Below are positions 48,071-57,676 of a DNA stretch of 64,000 bases, piece by piece (position 1 is the stretch's first letter; every line of letters starts with the position of its first letter). The notes beneath the pieces were generated by a model. It made no database searches, was not told the origin of the DNA, and saw only the letters and a program-made list of their open reading frames with translations. The translations under genes and the position numbers were made by a program. Source of the stretch: Chthonomonas calidirosea (GTDB lineage: Bacteria; Armatimonadota; Fimbriimonadia; Fimbriimonadales; Fimbriimonadaceae); assembly GCA_945859975.1 (NCBI GenBank), contig CAMAPH010000011.1:1-64000 (forward strand). Reading direction: 5' to 3'.

Positions 48071-49849
48071 ATGCCTAGACTCACCTTTCGTTGCAACTTG
48101 AACCTGCTGGTCAGCGCGCTCTTCTGGTTTTGCGGCCTCGTCTCGTCTCACGCCCAACTTGTGGAATCGCCGGACCCACTCATCGGCACCCCGGAGTTCA
48201 AGATTCTAGAGCAGTTCCGGGATAACTTTGGGTGGCCCACTCCAGAGATTCGGAAAGGGCAATCCGTACTCTATGTTTTTGCAGAGGGACCGAGTTACAA
48301 GGTGGTGGCAGTGGGACCGACCACGTCCGATCCCAAAGCCTACGCCGAGAAGCTCGATGCTTGGAAGAGCAAGCAGGGCCTTCCCGGCAGCGTTCAATAT
48401 GCTCGCCAGAAATCCGCCGCGGTTGCCGTCTACACCTACTCGACCACAGGCTTCGGCAAGGCGGGCTATAGCCTTGAGCTTCCTTTGGCTTCTCTCCCGC
48501 GCGAAGTCAAGCTTGAAGATGTAACGAACTGCGCGCTCGTGTTCTTTCGCGTAACCGGCCCGCCGTCAGCGTTACCTGGTCCAACGTTCGTGGGACAGGA
48601 TGGATTGAAGTACTGGAACTTATCCACAACTCCTGCCAAGAGTGATATCCGAATTTCAGAAACCTTGTCTGGCTGGCTGCTCCCGCTTTTTACGTTAATC
48701 GTCTTATTGCCAATAGTCGGATCGCTATACGCGTACAACCTCACCAAACCGATTCGGCAAAGGTCGGATCTAACTGATCTTGACCGAGAGATTCTGTTCT
48801 ATAAGAGTGTTCAACCGATCCTTGGTACGACGATCGTGATCCACTGTCTCATTTCCTTACCCTTCATTTGGACTAGATCGTTGGATCCCTTAGTGGCCCT
48901 TTGGTTTGGACCATCTCAGATTGGCACCGGTGTGGTTTTGCTCACGGTCTTGACACTCTTGCCGAGTTTGCTTTACTCCTTTCACCTTCGGAAAAGCTAT
49001 CAGCTGGAAGCTGATGCCGAAGCTATCATCGTTGCCTCCGGTAAGCCGATGGATGATGAGCCTACACGGTTGCGCCCTAAGGCTTCCGATATTGCAGCCC
49101 ATCTTCCCCATCTCGTTCCAATCGTCACGCTGTGCACAGCAGCATTTATGCCATCTTTGCCATTCGAGTGGTTTCATAGCAATCAAGGCTCGTGGGCTAC
49201 ACTAAGTTACGCGGCTTCGGTGATTTTCCCCTACCGCATTAGTGGACTTACCGCACCATCTAGGGCCATTGACCTACCTGCGCTACAACAAAAGCTTGCG
49301 GCAGCCTTATCAGTTGTCGACGCGTTAGCCAGGACTATGTACAAAGAGACTCAAGTCCTCAGGACGCGAGTCCCCGAGTTCGAAATAAACGAACCTGGTC
49401 GTGAACTTGTGATCCCTGAATGGTGGATTCGGCGGTCATCTATCGACGAGCTCGTGTTCTCAATTCTTCACAAGCGTTGGTTCCAAGTTCCAAGGCCGTT
49501 AGGGGATACAGGAACTGCCCTTTTGGTAGTTACCACTGGCGGAGTTACCTACGTCCTGTTCGTGGCCCAAACTTGGGTTCCGGGGGCTATCGATTTCATG
49601 CGTTACGCCAGCCTGCTGCTTCCGGTCATCGTTGGAATCATCTACTGGCGCTTGTATTGGCTTAACAGCAGAGCCGCCATTTTTGCGACCGATGCCCGGA
49701 TTATCGACGCCACACAGAATCCAGGCGCCGCGATCTCCGCTCTTGAACGGATGGAACAGATTGAGTTGGTCAGAAAATACCGGAACTTTCCACCAGATCC
49801 AAGCTGCCGCGAGCGGATTGAGCGCATCCAGGAGCGGCTCGCTCAGTAG
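48071..49849 (+). CDS. Membrane protein paralogue 2: exported N-domain + degenerate M48-like domain
   Basis: NFGWPTPE, SIDELVFSILH, ATDARIIDATQNPGAAISALERM, PSCRERIERI. Confidence 0.75.
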   Translation: MPRLTFRCNLNLLVSALFWFCGLVSSHAQLVESPDPLIGTPEFKILEQFRDNFGWPTPEIRKGQSVLYVFAEGPSYKVVAVGPTTSDPKAYAEKLDAWKSKQGLPGSVQYARQKSAAVAVYTYSTTGFGKAGYSLELPLASLPREVKLEDVTNCALVFFRVTGPPSALPGPTFVGQDGLKYWNLSTTPAKSDIRISETLSGWLLPLFTLIVLLPIVGSLYAYNLTKPIRQRSDLTDLDREILFYKSVQPILGTTIVIHCLISLPFIWTRSLDPLVALWFGPSQIGTGVVLLTVLTLLPSLLYSFHLRKSYQLEADAEAIIVASGKPMDDEPTRLRPKASDIAAHLPHLVPIVTLCTAAFMPSLPFEWFHSNQGSWATLSYAASVIFPYRISGLTAPSRAIDLPALQQKLAAALSVVDALARTMYKETQVLRTRVPEFEINEPGRELVIPEWWIRRSSIDELVFSILHKRWFQVPRPLGDTGTALLVVTTGGVTYVLFVAQTWVPGAIDFMRYASLLLPVIVGIIYWRLYWLNSRAAIFATDARIIDATQNPGAAISALERMEQIELVRKYRNFPPDPSCRERIERIQERLAQ

Positions 49850-49919
49850 CCGGTCAGGTCTCATGTTCAGGAACAGAAAATTTCAGGTCTCCCAACACAA
49901 ACCCGCAGTATCATTGCGC

Positions 49920-51728
49920 GTGATGAGCCTCGTACGGCTCCGGTTCTTATGGTTGCTGACCTGCTTAATCCTTGCCGCCGGGCTGGTGACCTCTGCTGGC
50001 GCTCAGGTCGTCGAGTCGAGGGAGTGGCTGGTTAAAAAGACCGAGCACGCGCTTCTCGACGAGTTCAAAACCAATTTCGGATGGCCCGATCCAGAATTAC
50101 CGAACGGTCAAGCAGTGCTTTACGTTCAGGTCAAAGGCTGGTCGTTCAGAGTTTTGGCCGTGGGCCCGAAAACCTCCGATGCAAAACGGTACGCCCTGAA
50201 GTTAGATGCATGGCGGCAAAGCAATGGGCTCCCTGGAACCGTGGAGTTCTCCCAGGAAAGCGACTGCGCAGCTGCGAGCTTCATTTCCTCGGTCGCAGGA
50301 TTTGGCAAAACAGAGCTGAATTTCACTGTTCCGCTTGCCTCGTTGTATCGCGACGTACTGCTAGAAGACACGACTCGCTTTGGTGTCGTTATGAGCGGGG
50401 TCGCCCAACTACCGAGTGACTTCGACAAGCCAAACCTTACAAAGCAATCCGGTTATCGCTATTGGGATTTTTCCGATTGGCGTGCGCCAAAGGATGTGCG
50501 CCTTTCCGCAAGGCTAGATTGGTGGGCTGTGCCGGCATTCGTAGCGCTTGCCCTCTTTCCGTCCCTTTGCACCAGTGTCACATACTGCGTTGCCGTTCGG
50601 ATTGCCCGCGATCCCAAGTTGCCGTTAAGATCCCGTCAAGAACGGTTTAAAAAGATTCAGAACAGCGCAGTTTTATGGACAGGGGGGCCGAGTCTCATTT
50701 TAGGGCTAGCCGTTGTGTTTTCAAGAGTCCTTGCCCGCCAGTCTGAGTTTCTATTTGGTGATTTTCGAACGCCCATGAGCCTGCTATTCGTTATTGGAGC
50801 GGTCGTAGCTTTCCCTGTGACTGGCTTGTTTAGAAAGGAACACCTAAAGCTCGCTGAACAAAGCCTTGATCAACTGGGCCGACCTCCCTTAATCAAATCA
50901 CCTAGAATTGAGGAAAGCGGGAAACGAGAATTCATCTGGGAGGCATTCCAAGTTCCATTTGCGATTGCTTGTGCGTTGTCGATTCACTATTTGCCTACTA
51001 CGAAGACAGATGTAATCCACCAATACAAGTCTCTGATCGCGATGCTCGTTTCAACGTTAATCATCGTTTTGTCTCCGAGGTGGTTTAGTGTCTTACGACC
51101 TGCTCCGACAACAGAAGAAGTTGAGATAGAGCCTGAGCTAAGGCAGAAGATACAAGGAGTGCTCGCTAGCCTCAAAGCTAATGGAATCACCGGCGTGGAC
51201 GACGTCAAGATTCATCCACAGTCTCCCTTGTCGATTACAATTTATGTCATTAAAAACAAGCTAGGTATCTCTGACGCCGCAATTCGCGAGCTAACGCCCG
51301 ATGAGCTAGAGTTCTGCATCCTTGAATCCGAAAGGCATCCGGAGATGCCGATGCCTACAATTCCGCAAACGGTCGTCGCTAGCCTCTTACCCTTTTTGAC
51401 CGTCATCTATTGGGCACTCGCACCGGCTCCGTCGGTACTGGTAGCTACCATCATGACGGCAGTTCTCTTGATACCGACGGGTTATTGGTTGACTATGGCG
51501 TTCCGCGCGATCCACTGGATGCGGGAAGCGAGGTTGCGGATTGACCTGGAGGTAATACGCTTAACCGGAAATCCTTCCGCTGCAATATCCGCCCTGCAGA
51601 AGCAAGACGACTTCCTTCGCGCTGACCCGGCGACTGCTGGCTTCACCCCCAAGCCGACTTATTCCGAGCGAATCGCCCGCATCCGCGCCGCATTTCCAGA
51701 AACCCCTAGCGACCCCGCGTCCGAATAA
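49920..51728 (+). CDS. Membrane protein paralogue 3: exported N-domain + degenerate M48-like domain
   Basis: Start re-placed at GTG/ATG 49920/49923 by homology and upstream TATCAT; NFGWPDPE, TPDELEFCIL, LTGNPSAAISAL, PTYSERIARI. Confidence 0.75.
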   Translation: MMSLVRLRFLWLLTCLILAAGLVTSAGAQVVESREWLVKKTEHALLDEFKTNFGWPDPELPNGQAVLYVQVKGWSFRVLAVGPKTSDAKRYALKLDAWRQSNGLPGTVEFSQESDCAAASFISSVAGFGKTELNFTVPLASLYRDVLLEDTTRFGVVMSGVAQLPSDFDKPNLTKQSGYRYWDFSDWRAPKDVRLSARLDWWAVPAFVALALFPSLCTSVTYCVAVRIARDPKLPLRSRQERFKKIQNSAVLWTGGPSLILGLAVVFSRVLARQSEFLFGDFRTPMSLLFVIGAVVAFPVTGLFRKEHLKLAEQSLDQLGRPPLIKSPRIEESGKREFIWEAFQVPFAIACALSIHYLPTTKTDVIHQYKSLIAMLVSTLIIVLSPRWFSVLRPAPTTEEVEIEPELRQKIQGVLASLKANGITGVDDVKIHPQSPLSITIYVIKNKLGISDAAIRELTPDELEFCILESERHPEMPMPTIPQTVVASLLPFLTVIYWALAPAPSVLVATIMTAVLLIPTGYWLTMAFRAIHWMREARLRIDLEVIRLTGNPSAAISALQKQDDFLRADPATAGFTPKPTYSERIARIRAAFPETPSDPASE

Positions 51729-51750
51729 ACTATCCTCAGGTCAACCAACG

Positions 51751-52554
51751 ATGCTTAGCTCTCTGTTCCTCCTCGCCGCCTTCGCCCCCGCACCGTATCA
51801 ACCGAGCGTGCAAGCCTGGACCTTCAACCGGTTCACCGTTTTTGAGGCGATCGAGAAGACCGCCGCGGCCGGGTCGCAGAACATCGAACTCTTCCCGGGT
51901 CAGAAGCTAGCGCCAGATTCCGATGCAAAGGTTGGGCCAGAAATGTCGGCCGATGCGCTGCAGAAGCTCAAGGACAAGCTTGCAAAGCACAACGTTCGCG
52001 CCATTGCCTTCGGCGTGACCGGCATTGCCCGAGACGAGGCCGGCGCCCGACAACTCTTCGTCTTCGCAAAGTCGCTTGGCATCCAGATCCTGAACACCGA
52101 AAGCACCGACGCCATCGACACGATTGAAAAGATGGTGAAGGAGTACGACGTCAAAGTCGGTTTCCACAACCACCCGCGCCAGGCGAACAACCCGAACTAC
52201 AAGGTTTGGGATCCCGCCTACGTGTACGAGTTGGTCAAGAACCGCGACAAGCGTATCGGCTCCTGCGCCGACACCGGCCACTGGGTTCGAAGCGGCATCA
52301 AGCCGATTGACGCCATCAAAACCCTCAAAGGTCGAATCGTCAGCAGCCACCTGAAGGACCTTCACGAATTCACCCCCGGCGGCCACGATGTCGTTTTCGG
52401 CACCGGAGTAAGCGACGTACCATCGATCCTTGCCGAATACAAGAAGATCAACATGCAAGGCAGCGTGAGCGTGGAGTACGAGCACAACTGGGATACCAAC
52501 CTCACCGAAGTAGCCCAATGCATCGGCTACCTCCGCGCCATGCGCGGACAGTAA
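51751..52554 (+). CDS. Sugar-phosphate isomerase/epimerase (AP endonuclease 2 TIM barrel), possibly exported
   Basis: IELFPG, GFHNH, CADTGHW, SHLKD, SVEYE metal-ligand pattern. Confidence 0.85.
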   Translation: MLSSLFLLAAFAPAPYQPSVQAWTFNRFTVFEAIEKTAAAGSQNIELFPGQKLAPDSDAKVGPEMSADALQKLKDKLAKHNVRAIAFGVTGIARDEAGARQLFVFAKSLGIQILNTESTDAIDTIEKMVKEYDVKVGFHNHPRQANNPNYKVWDPAYVYELVKNRDKRIGSCADTGHWVRSGIKPIDAIKTLKGRIVSSHLKDLHEFTPGGHDVVFGTGVSDVPSILAEYKKINMQGSVSVEYEHNWDTNLTEVAQCIGYLRAMRGQ

Positions 52555-52570
52555 AGGTCCGCATGGCTCG

Positions 52571-53359
52571 ATGATCAGTTGGCTCAAGGGTGCGAAACGG
52601 GTGAATGATCTTCACCCGGGCCTCTTCTGGCTAAACCCAAATTTGCATCCGGACGAGTCCATTCGGCGCGAAGACATCTACATCGAACGATGGAGGAAGA
52701 TGCGCGCCGAACTGCTTCCCTTGGGCCCGGAGTTGGTTGCTTTTTTCGGAAGCAATCTGGATGATGGGAATCTGCTTCACCAAGAACGTACGGGTAACAC
52801 GAATACCCTTACGGTTAACTGCCCAATCGCGTCCGATGTTGCAGCTAGCCTTGGCATTTTTCTCGGACTAAAGCCCGAGAGTGACCCCTGGCGCCTAATG
52901 GATGAGTACCGCGTCGTTCTAACCGCGCACGATATTGTTTACCAAAGAACCGCTGCAGTGACTCACGGAGGTGGGCTGCGATTCTATCGACTCCAGATAC
53001 CAAAGTTTAGAGGTGACACGACTTGCTACTTGCGACATCAGTGGTTTGTGCAGGAGCATAACCGAGTGCAGTGGATTATCGAAGTCTGGCACGGCGCACC
53101 AGATGCGTACATTCTCACGGACTGCAAATCCGTATCCGCGATCGATCTACGACTTCCAGCGCTGGTGCGCGGATTCGGCCCGAACGTTGAAGGTGTCTGG
53201 CTAGACGTCCTGGCAGCATCAAACGAACCTGGTTGGACGTGCCAGATGACTGAGCAAAACGTACTGAACGCGATCGAGTCGCGCAACCTGAAGAAATCAG
53301 ATTTTGATCCAACTCACTTCAGATACGAGGCAGTTTTTACCCACACTGGTTACCGATGA
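52571..53359 (+). CDS. Hypothetical protein, paralogue A of a tandem pair
   Basis: Full-length similarity to the next ORF (SWLKxAKxVNDL, HDIxYQRTA, YxLTDCKSxSAxDLR, FGPNV, DFDxTxFRY). Confidence 0.75.
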   Translation: MISWLKGAKRVNDLHPGLFWLNPNLHPDESIRREDIYIERWRKMRAELLPLGPELVAFFGSNLDDGNLLHQERTGNTNTLTVNCPIASDVAASLGIFLGLKPESDPWRLMDEYRVVLTAHDIVYQRTAAVTHGGGLRFYRLQIPKFRGDTTCYLRHQWFVQEHNRVQWIIEVWHGAPDAYILTDCKSVSAIDLRLPALVRGFGPNVEGVWLDVLAASNEPGWTCQMTEQNVLNAIESRNLKKSDFDPTHFRYEAVFTHTGYR

Positions 53360-54129
53360 AAAGCTGGCTGAAAGACGCGAAACACGTGAATGACCTCGGA
53401 GGGGTACCACACCTAAAGTCAAAAATCCCGTGGGAGGAAGAGGAGCGGCGAGAAGCGGTCTACTGGGAACGCTGGTTAGCCAAGCTCAAAAAGCAGATCC
53501 CAGTAAACGAAGAATACCGACCCTTTTTCCGCTCGAGTATGCATGATTCCTGGTTGGTAGGTTCCGAGCGGAAAGGTGGGGAATACAACCTTACGGTGAG
53601 CTGCATCTTTGCCACCGTCTTTGCTGAAAATTTAGGGGACATCCTCGGATTACATCCGGAGGGTTTGCACTGGCATTTCGCCGGGCCGTTCCGGGTAATT
53701 CTTTCCTGTCACGACATCTATTATCAGAGAACTGCCGATCTTGAACTGAATGGTTGGCTAAAGTTTTATCGTATTGAAATCCCGGAGTTTAAGAGCTTTG
53801 AACAAGGAACATTCCTTTTCGATTGGTTTGAGGAGCAAGATGATCGTATTCAATGGATCGTGAATCTTTGGATTAAAGGGGAAAATGTCTATGTTCTGAC
53901 TGACTGTAAGTCACTTTCTGCAACTGATCTGAGAGAGGTCGACCTTACAAAGGCATTCGGGCCGAACGTCGCGAAAGTATGGGCCGATGTCCGAATGGCC
54001 ACCGAGCGGGACTGGCATTACGAGCTGGTTCATTCAGAGATTCAGAAGTCAATGATCGTCCACGGCTTAACCCCAAAAGACTTCGACACGACGAACTTTC
54101 GATACTCCTTCCGCGAACCCTACATTTGA
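53356..54129 (+). CDS. Hypothetical protein, paralogue B of a tandem pair
   Basis: ATGA overlap with paralogue A; same motifs. Confidence 0.75.
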   Translation: MKSWLKDAKHVNDLGGVPHLKSKIPWEEEERREAVYWERWLAKLKKQIPVNEEYRPFFRSSMHDSWLVGSERKGGEYNLTVSCIFATVFAENLGDILGLHPEGLHWHFAGPFRVILSCHDIYYQRTADLELNGWLKFYRIEIPEFKSFEQGTFLFDWFEEQDDRIQWIVNLWIKGENVYVLTDCKSLSATDLREVDLTKAFGPNVAKVWADVRMATERDWHYELVHSEIQKSMIVHGLTPKDFDTTNFRYSFREPYI

Positions 54130-54142
54130 GTAACCTGACCGG

Positions 54143-54982
54143 GTGCGTGTTTACATCTCCGTCGACATCGAAGGCATCACCGGGCTCGTCTCGTGGTCGC
54201 AGTGCAGCCGGCCCGATGGCAAGTCTTTCGACTACGCCTTCGCTCGACGGATGATGTCGCACGACCTCAACGCCGCCATTCGAGGCGCCCGCCGCGCCGG
54301 GGCAACCGAGATTGTGATCAAAGACTCGCACGGCAACTCGAAGAACCTGCTGATCGAAGACCTCGAGCCTGGAGTCGAGCTGATCAGCGGGCACGGCGCT
54401 GGCCGAGACGGAATGATGCAAGGCATAAACGCCACGTTCGACGCTGCCCTGCTGGTTGGCTACCATGCCCGCGCGGGTGCCCTCGGTGGAATCATGGAGC
54501 ACACCATCACGGGCGGCATCCACCGCATCATCATCAACGGGCAAGAGATCGGCGAAATCGGCCTCAGCGCCGCCGCCGCCGGACAATACGGAGTCCCGCT
54601 CCTAGCCGTCACGAGCGACCTCGCCGGCTGCCAGGAAGCCAGCAAACTCATCCCCGGCCTCAAAACCGCGATCACCAAAGAAGGCATCGGCCGCTACATG
54701 GGCCAGCTCAAGCACCCCTCCGAAACCGGCCACGTCATCGAAGAAACGGTCACCCGCGCCCTCGAAGAAAAGTCAGCGGCACCCTTCGCCTTTTCGACCC
54801 CGCTTCAGCTCAGCATCGAATTCAACCGCGCCGAAGAAGCCGATATGTCAGCGAAGTTGCCGAACGTAGAACGACTCGACGGCTACACCGTAGGAGGCAC
54901 CTACCCCAACTTCCCCGCCGCCCACCAAGCGATCTGGAACTGCGTGGCAATGTCGTTCGAAGGAATTGGTGCGCAGCATTGA
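54143..54982 (+). CDS. dppA: M55-family D-aminopeptidase
   Basis: YISVDIEG, DSHGN, GMMQGI, VGYHARAG, EHT, IGEIGL. Confidence 0.9.
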   Translation: MRVYISVDIEGITGLVSWSQCSRPDGKSFDYAFARRMMSHDLNAAIRGARRAGATEIVIKDSHGNSKNLLIEDLEPGVELISGHGAGRDGMMQGINATFDAALLVGYHARAGALGGIMEHTITGGIHRIIINGQEIGEIGLSAAAAGQYGVPLLAVTSDLAGCQEASKLIPGLKTAITKEGIGRYMGQLKHPSETGHVIEETVTRALEEKSAAPFAFSTPLQLSIEFNRAEEADMSAKLPNVERLDGYTVGGTYPNFPAAHQAIWNCVAMSFEGIGAQH

Positions 54983-54983
54983 G

Positions 54984-55367
54984 CTAAAGCCTGTTGGGTG
55001 GGCCGGTCTGATTGAACAACACGGCGTCGCCACCATTCATCAGGCATGCCTCGCTATGAATACGATCATAGTTCGCCACTAACCACTTCGTCATCTCCCA
55101 ACTTTCTAAGGTGTTCCAAAACTGACCGAGGAAGATGATTCGCCCATCGGCATCCTTGATCGTTTTGCTCGACAGCCGTCTCGTGACTTCGTTCCGATCT
55201 GCGGTAACAATGATCCAACCCATCTCGATAGCTTGAGGAATCCAGACATGATCCGCCATTCCTTGCCATCCCAATTTGCGCAGATGCTGAATCTCCTTAG
55301 GAGCGCCGCACTTCGCGAGCAATTCAACTAAACGCGAAGAAATATTCTCGTCAAAAACTAGCGTCAT
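54984..55367 (-). CDS. PIN-like toxin (VapC45/DUF5615-type)
   Basis: LVFDENIS, GMADHVWI, GWIIVTAD; ATGA-coupled to the DUF433 gene. Confidence 0.75.
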   Translation of the reverse strand: MTLVFDENISSRLVELLAKCGAPKEIQHLRKLGWQGMADHVWIPQAIEMGWIIVTADRNEVTRRLSSKTIKDADGRIIFLGQFWNTLESWEMTKWLVANYDRIHSEACLMNGGDAVLFNQTGPPNRL

Positions 55368-56038
55368 GCCACGTTCGAAAAGTGCATCTCAAACTCCACC
55401 GCGTCTTTCGCTCGACCGTATTGAATGTCAAACCAATCTGCGACCCGCTGCATGTCCTGCTCTTTGATGTAAAGATTAAAGACAGAACGAGTTGGAGTAC
55501 CGGTTTCCTTCAAGATCGGTTCTCCATACTTAAAGTTGGGATCTACGATCACTGCTCCGTTTCCAGCCGCAGGGGTCCAAGCAATTGCCCACTCTTCACC
55601 AAAAGTGATCTCTTGTAGGAACGGCGTCACGATTTCAGAGACAAGTTGGCAAGTCTCGACAGAGATGATGCCTAGTTCCGACACCCTGATCAGGCTTCGC
55701 CCAGAAACGAGCAGTCGCGCGGATGCAAAAGGATACGCTCCGAACTCCGATACTAACTTTTCGGATACGGCACGTACCTGCTCCAGGGAAACGCCTAAAG
55801 TCGTGAATTCTCGGACGTAGAACAGCTCGATGAGCTCTCGAAAATTTAAATAACCGGAATCGCCTCGTTGAGATTGTAAAACCGGAAGTTTTCGAACCGA
55901 TTCCTTCGCGGGGTTGCGATACGTGTATCCGTTAGCCCATCGCCTAATTTGCGCAGCAGGTCGGCGTAGCAGTCTTGCGGAATCCTGCACTGAATAGATT
56001 CCGACCCCGAAGTCAGTACCAGACTCCATCTCAACCAT
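55364..56038 (-). CDS. DUF433-containing antitoxin with N-terminal HTH (VapB45-type)
   Basis: GIYSVQDSARLL...IRRWANGY, LNFRELIEL, VIVDPNFKYGEPILKETG. Confidence 0.82.
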   Translation of the reverse strand: MVEMESGTDFGVGIYSVQDSARLLRRPAAQIRRWANGYTYRNPAKESVRKLPVLQSQRGDSGYLNFRELIELFYVREFTTLGVSLEQVRAVSEKLVSEFGAYPFASARLLVSGRSLIRVSELGIISVETCQLVSEIVTPFLQEITFGEEWAIAWTPAAGNGAVIVDPNFKYGEPILKETGTPTRSVFNLYIKEQDMQRVADWFDIQYGRAKDAVEFEMHFSNVA

Positions 56039-56064
56039 GGTCAGATCATAGCATTAAGAGGCCC

Positions 56065-56673
56065 TTAATCCTCCAAAATCCGCCACAGATACCAAGCCGC
56101 CACTGATCGATACGGCCGAAACCGCTCGCCCTCTAAAGTCAGCGCCTTCGGCGTCAGCCGCTCCTCTAAACCCATCAACTTCGTCCAACCCGCCCGAATT
56201 CCGAGGTCATCCACCGGCCAAACATCCAGCCGTCCCAGTCGAAACATCAGCAGCATCTCCACCGTCCAGCGGCCAATGCCTTTTACCGCCGTCAGCTCGG
56301 CAACAATCTCGTCTTCCGACCTCAGATCAAGCTCCGAAAGCGAAGGAATAGTCCCCGCCAACGCCCGAACCGCGAGGTCTTTCAGATACCCCGCCTTCGC
56401 CCAAGAGAGCCCGACGGCTCGAAGCGACTCCAGCGAAGCCTCATCAACCAACCGCACATCCACGTGCACTCCATCGCCAAACTGCGTTGCAAGGCGGCGG
56501 AAGATCGTATCCGCTGCCTTCGTGCTCAATTGCTGACTACAAATCGCCCCGGCCAGGCAGGCCACCATGTCGTCGGGCGGAGCCGTGGTCACCAAAACGC
56601 ACGGCCCATGCTTGTCTACAAGCGGAGCAAACCGCGGCTCTACCGAAACAACAAACGCTTCCGCTTCGGTCAC
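56065..56673 (-). CDS. alkA: DNA-3-methyladenine glycosylase II (AlkA family)
   Basis: ICSQQLSTKAA, LTAVKGIGRWTVEM HhH motif, PVDDLGI, PYRSVAAWYLW. Confidence 0.9.
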   Translation of the reverse strand: MTEAEAFVVSVEPRFAPLVDKHGPCVLVTTAPPDDMVACLAGAICSQQLSTKAADTIFRRLATQFGDGVHVDVRLVDEASLESLRAVGLSWAKAGYLKDLAVRALAGTIPSLSELDLRSEDEIVAELTAVKGIGRWTVEMLLMFRLGRLDVWPVDDLGIRAGWTKLMGLEERLTPKALTLEGERFRPYRSVAAWYLWRILED

Positions 56674-57650
56674 TAAGCCAATGCTTCCCGAACGAATGCG
56701 ACGTCTTCTTCGGACAAATATCGGCCCGCTCCAGCGACGTTGACTCTTACCTGATTCTCATTTCGGAATCCAGGAATCACGCAAGCCACGTGCGGGAACG
56801 AGAGAACATAGTTCAAGGCGAGCGAAGCCAAATCCGTCACCGAATCGCCAAACCGCGACTTCAACTTTTCCAGCTTTGGCTTCAGCGCCGTAATGGCCTC
56901 GGCCGAGAACGCGGACGAGTTCTGTCGGTGGTCCCCTGGCTCAAAGCTTGGCGGCTTAGACGGATCGAACTTGTCCAGCAATCGCCCTTGTGCCAGCGGA
57001 CTAAAGGCCACAAAAGTAATGTTCTCCTTCGCCATGAGTTCGCTGACGGGAGACCCTGGATTGATGAACTGGGTATCCAAAGCATGCGCCCAGCTCTGGA
57101 AGACTGCCGGTCGAACCTTCGGCGTTACTCGCAGAAAGTCGTTCGAAGAGTAAGCCGATTGCCCCTTTACGCGGACCTTGCCTTCCTCAACCAACTTGTC
57201 CATCGTCGCCGCGGCATCGTCCAGATACATGTCCGACTCGCCAAAGCTGCCGTGGTGGAAGTAGTAAATGTCGATGTACTCGCGACCAAGGTTAATTAGC
57301 GACTGTTCGCACTGGTGCCGAATGTGCGCTGGCTCATAGGCATGGGCCGCAGTCCCCGTGAAGTGGCCGATCTTTGTCGCAACAATGAAATCTTCTGATT
57401 TCAAACCGAGCTTGATAAACGCCCGTCGCAGCATCTGCTCGGCTTTGCCGTTGCCATAAACGTCGGCGTTGTCAAAGTGATTGACGCCTGCGTCAATGCC
57501 CGCCTTAATCGCCGCGACAATCTCGTCTTCATCAACATTCGCCCAACCGTTGGCGTGTCCATTCACCCAGTTCAAGCCGCCCATGGTCCAGCAGCCCAGA
57601 CTGATTTCCGAAACCATCACGCCCGACTTGCCAATTTCTCGTAAGTTCAT
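56673..57650 (-). CDS. Aldo/keto reductase
   Basis: VSEISLGCW, FDNADVYGNG, VATK, IDIYYFH, FSPLAQGRL, VIPG. Confidence 0.92.
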   Translation of the reverse strand: MNLREIGKSGVMVSEISLGCWTMGGLNWVNGHANGWANVDEDEIVAAIKAGIDAGVNHFDNADVYGNGKAEQMLRRAFIKLGLKSEDFIVATKIGHFTGTAAHAYEPAHIRHQCEQSLINLGREYIDIYYFHHGSFGESDMYLDDAAATMDKLVEEGKVRVKGQSAYSSNDFLRVTPKVRPAVFQSWAHALDTQFINPGSPVSELMAKENITFVAFSPLAQGRLLDKFDPSKPPSFEPGDHRQNSSAFSAEAITALKPKLEKLKSRFGDSVTDLASLALNYVLSFPHVACVIPGFRNENQVRVNVAGAGRYLSEEDVAFVREALA

Positions 57651-57676
57651 GTTGCGAGTTTAGCCCCGCCGAACCA

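Noticed and set aside
49632..49919. 97-aa N-terminal extension of paralogue 3 given in the ORF track
   Set aside because: Overlaps paralogue 2; signal peptide and homology start at 49920/49923
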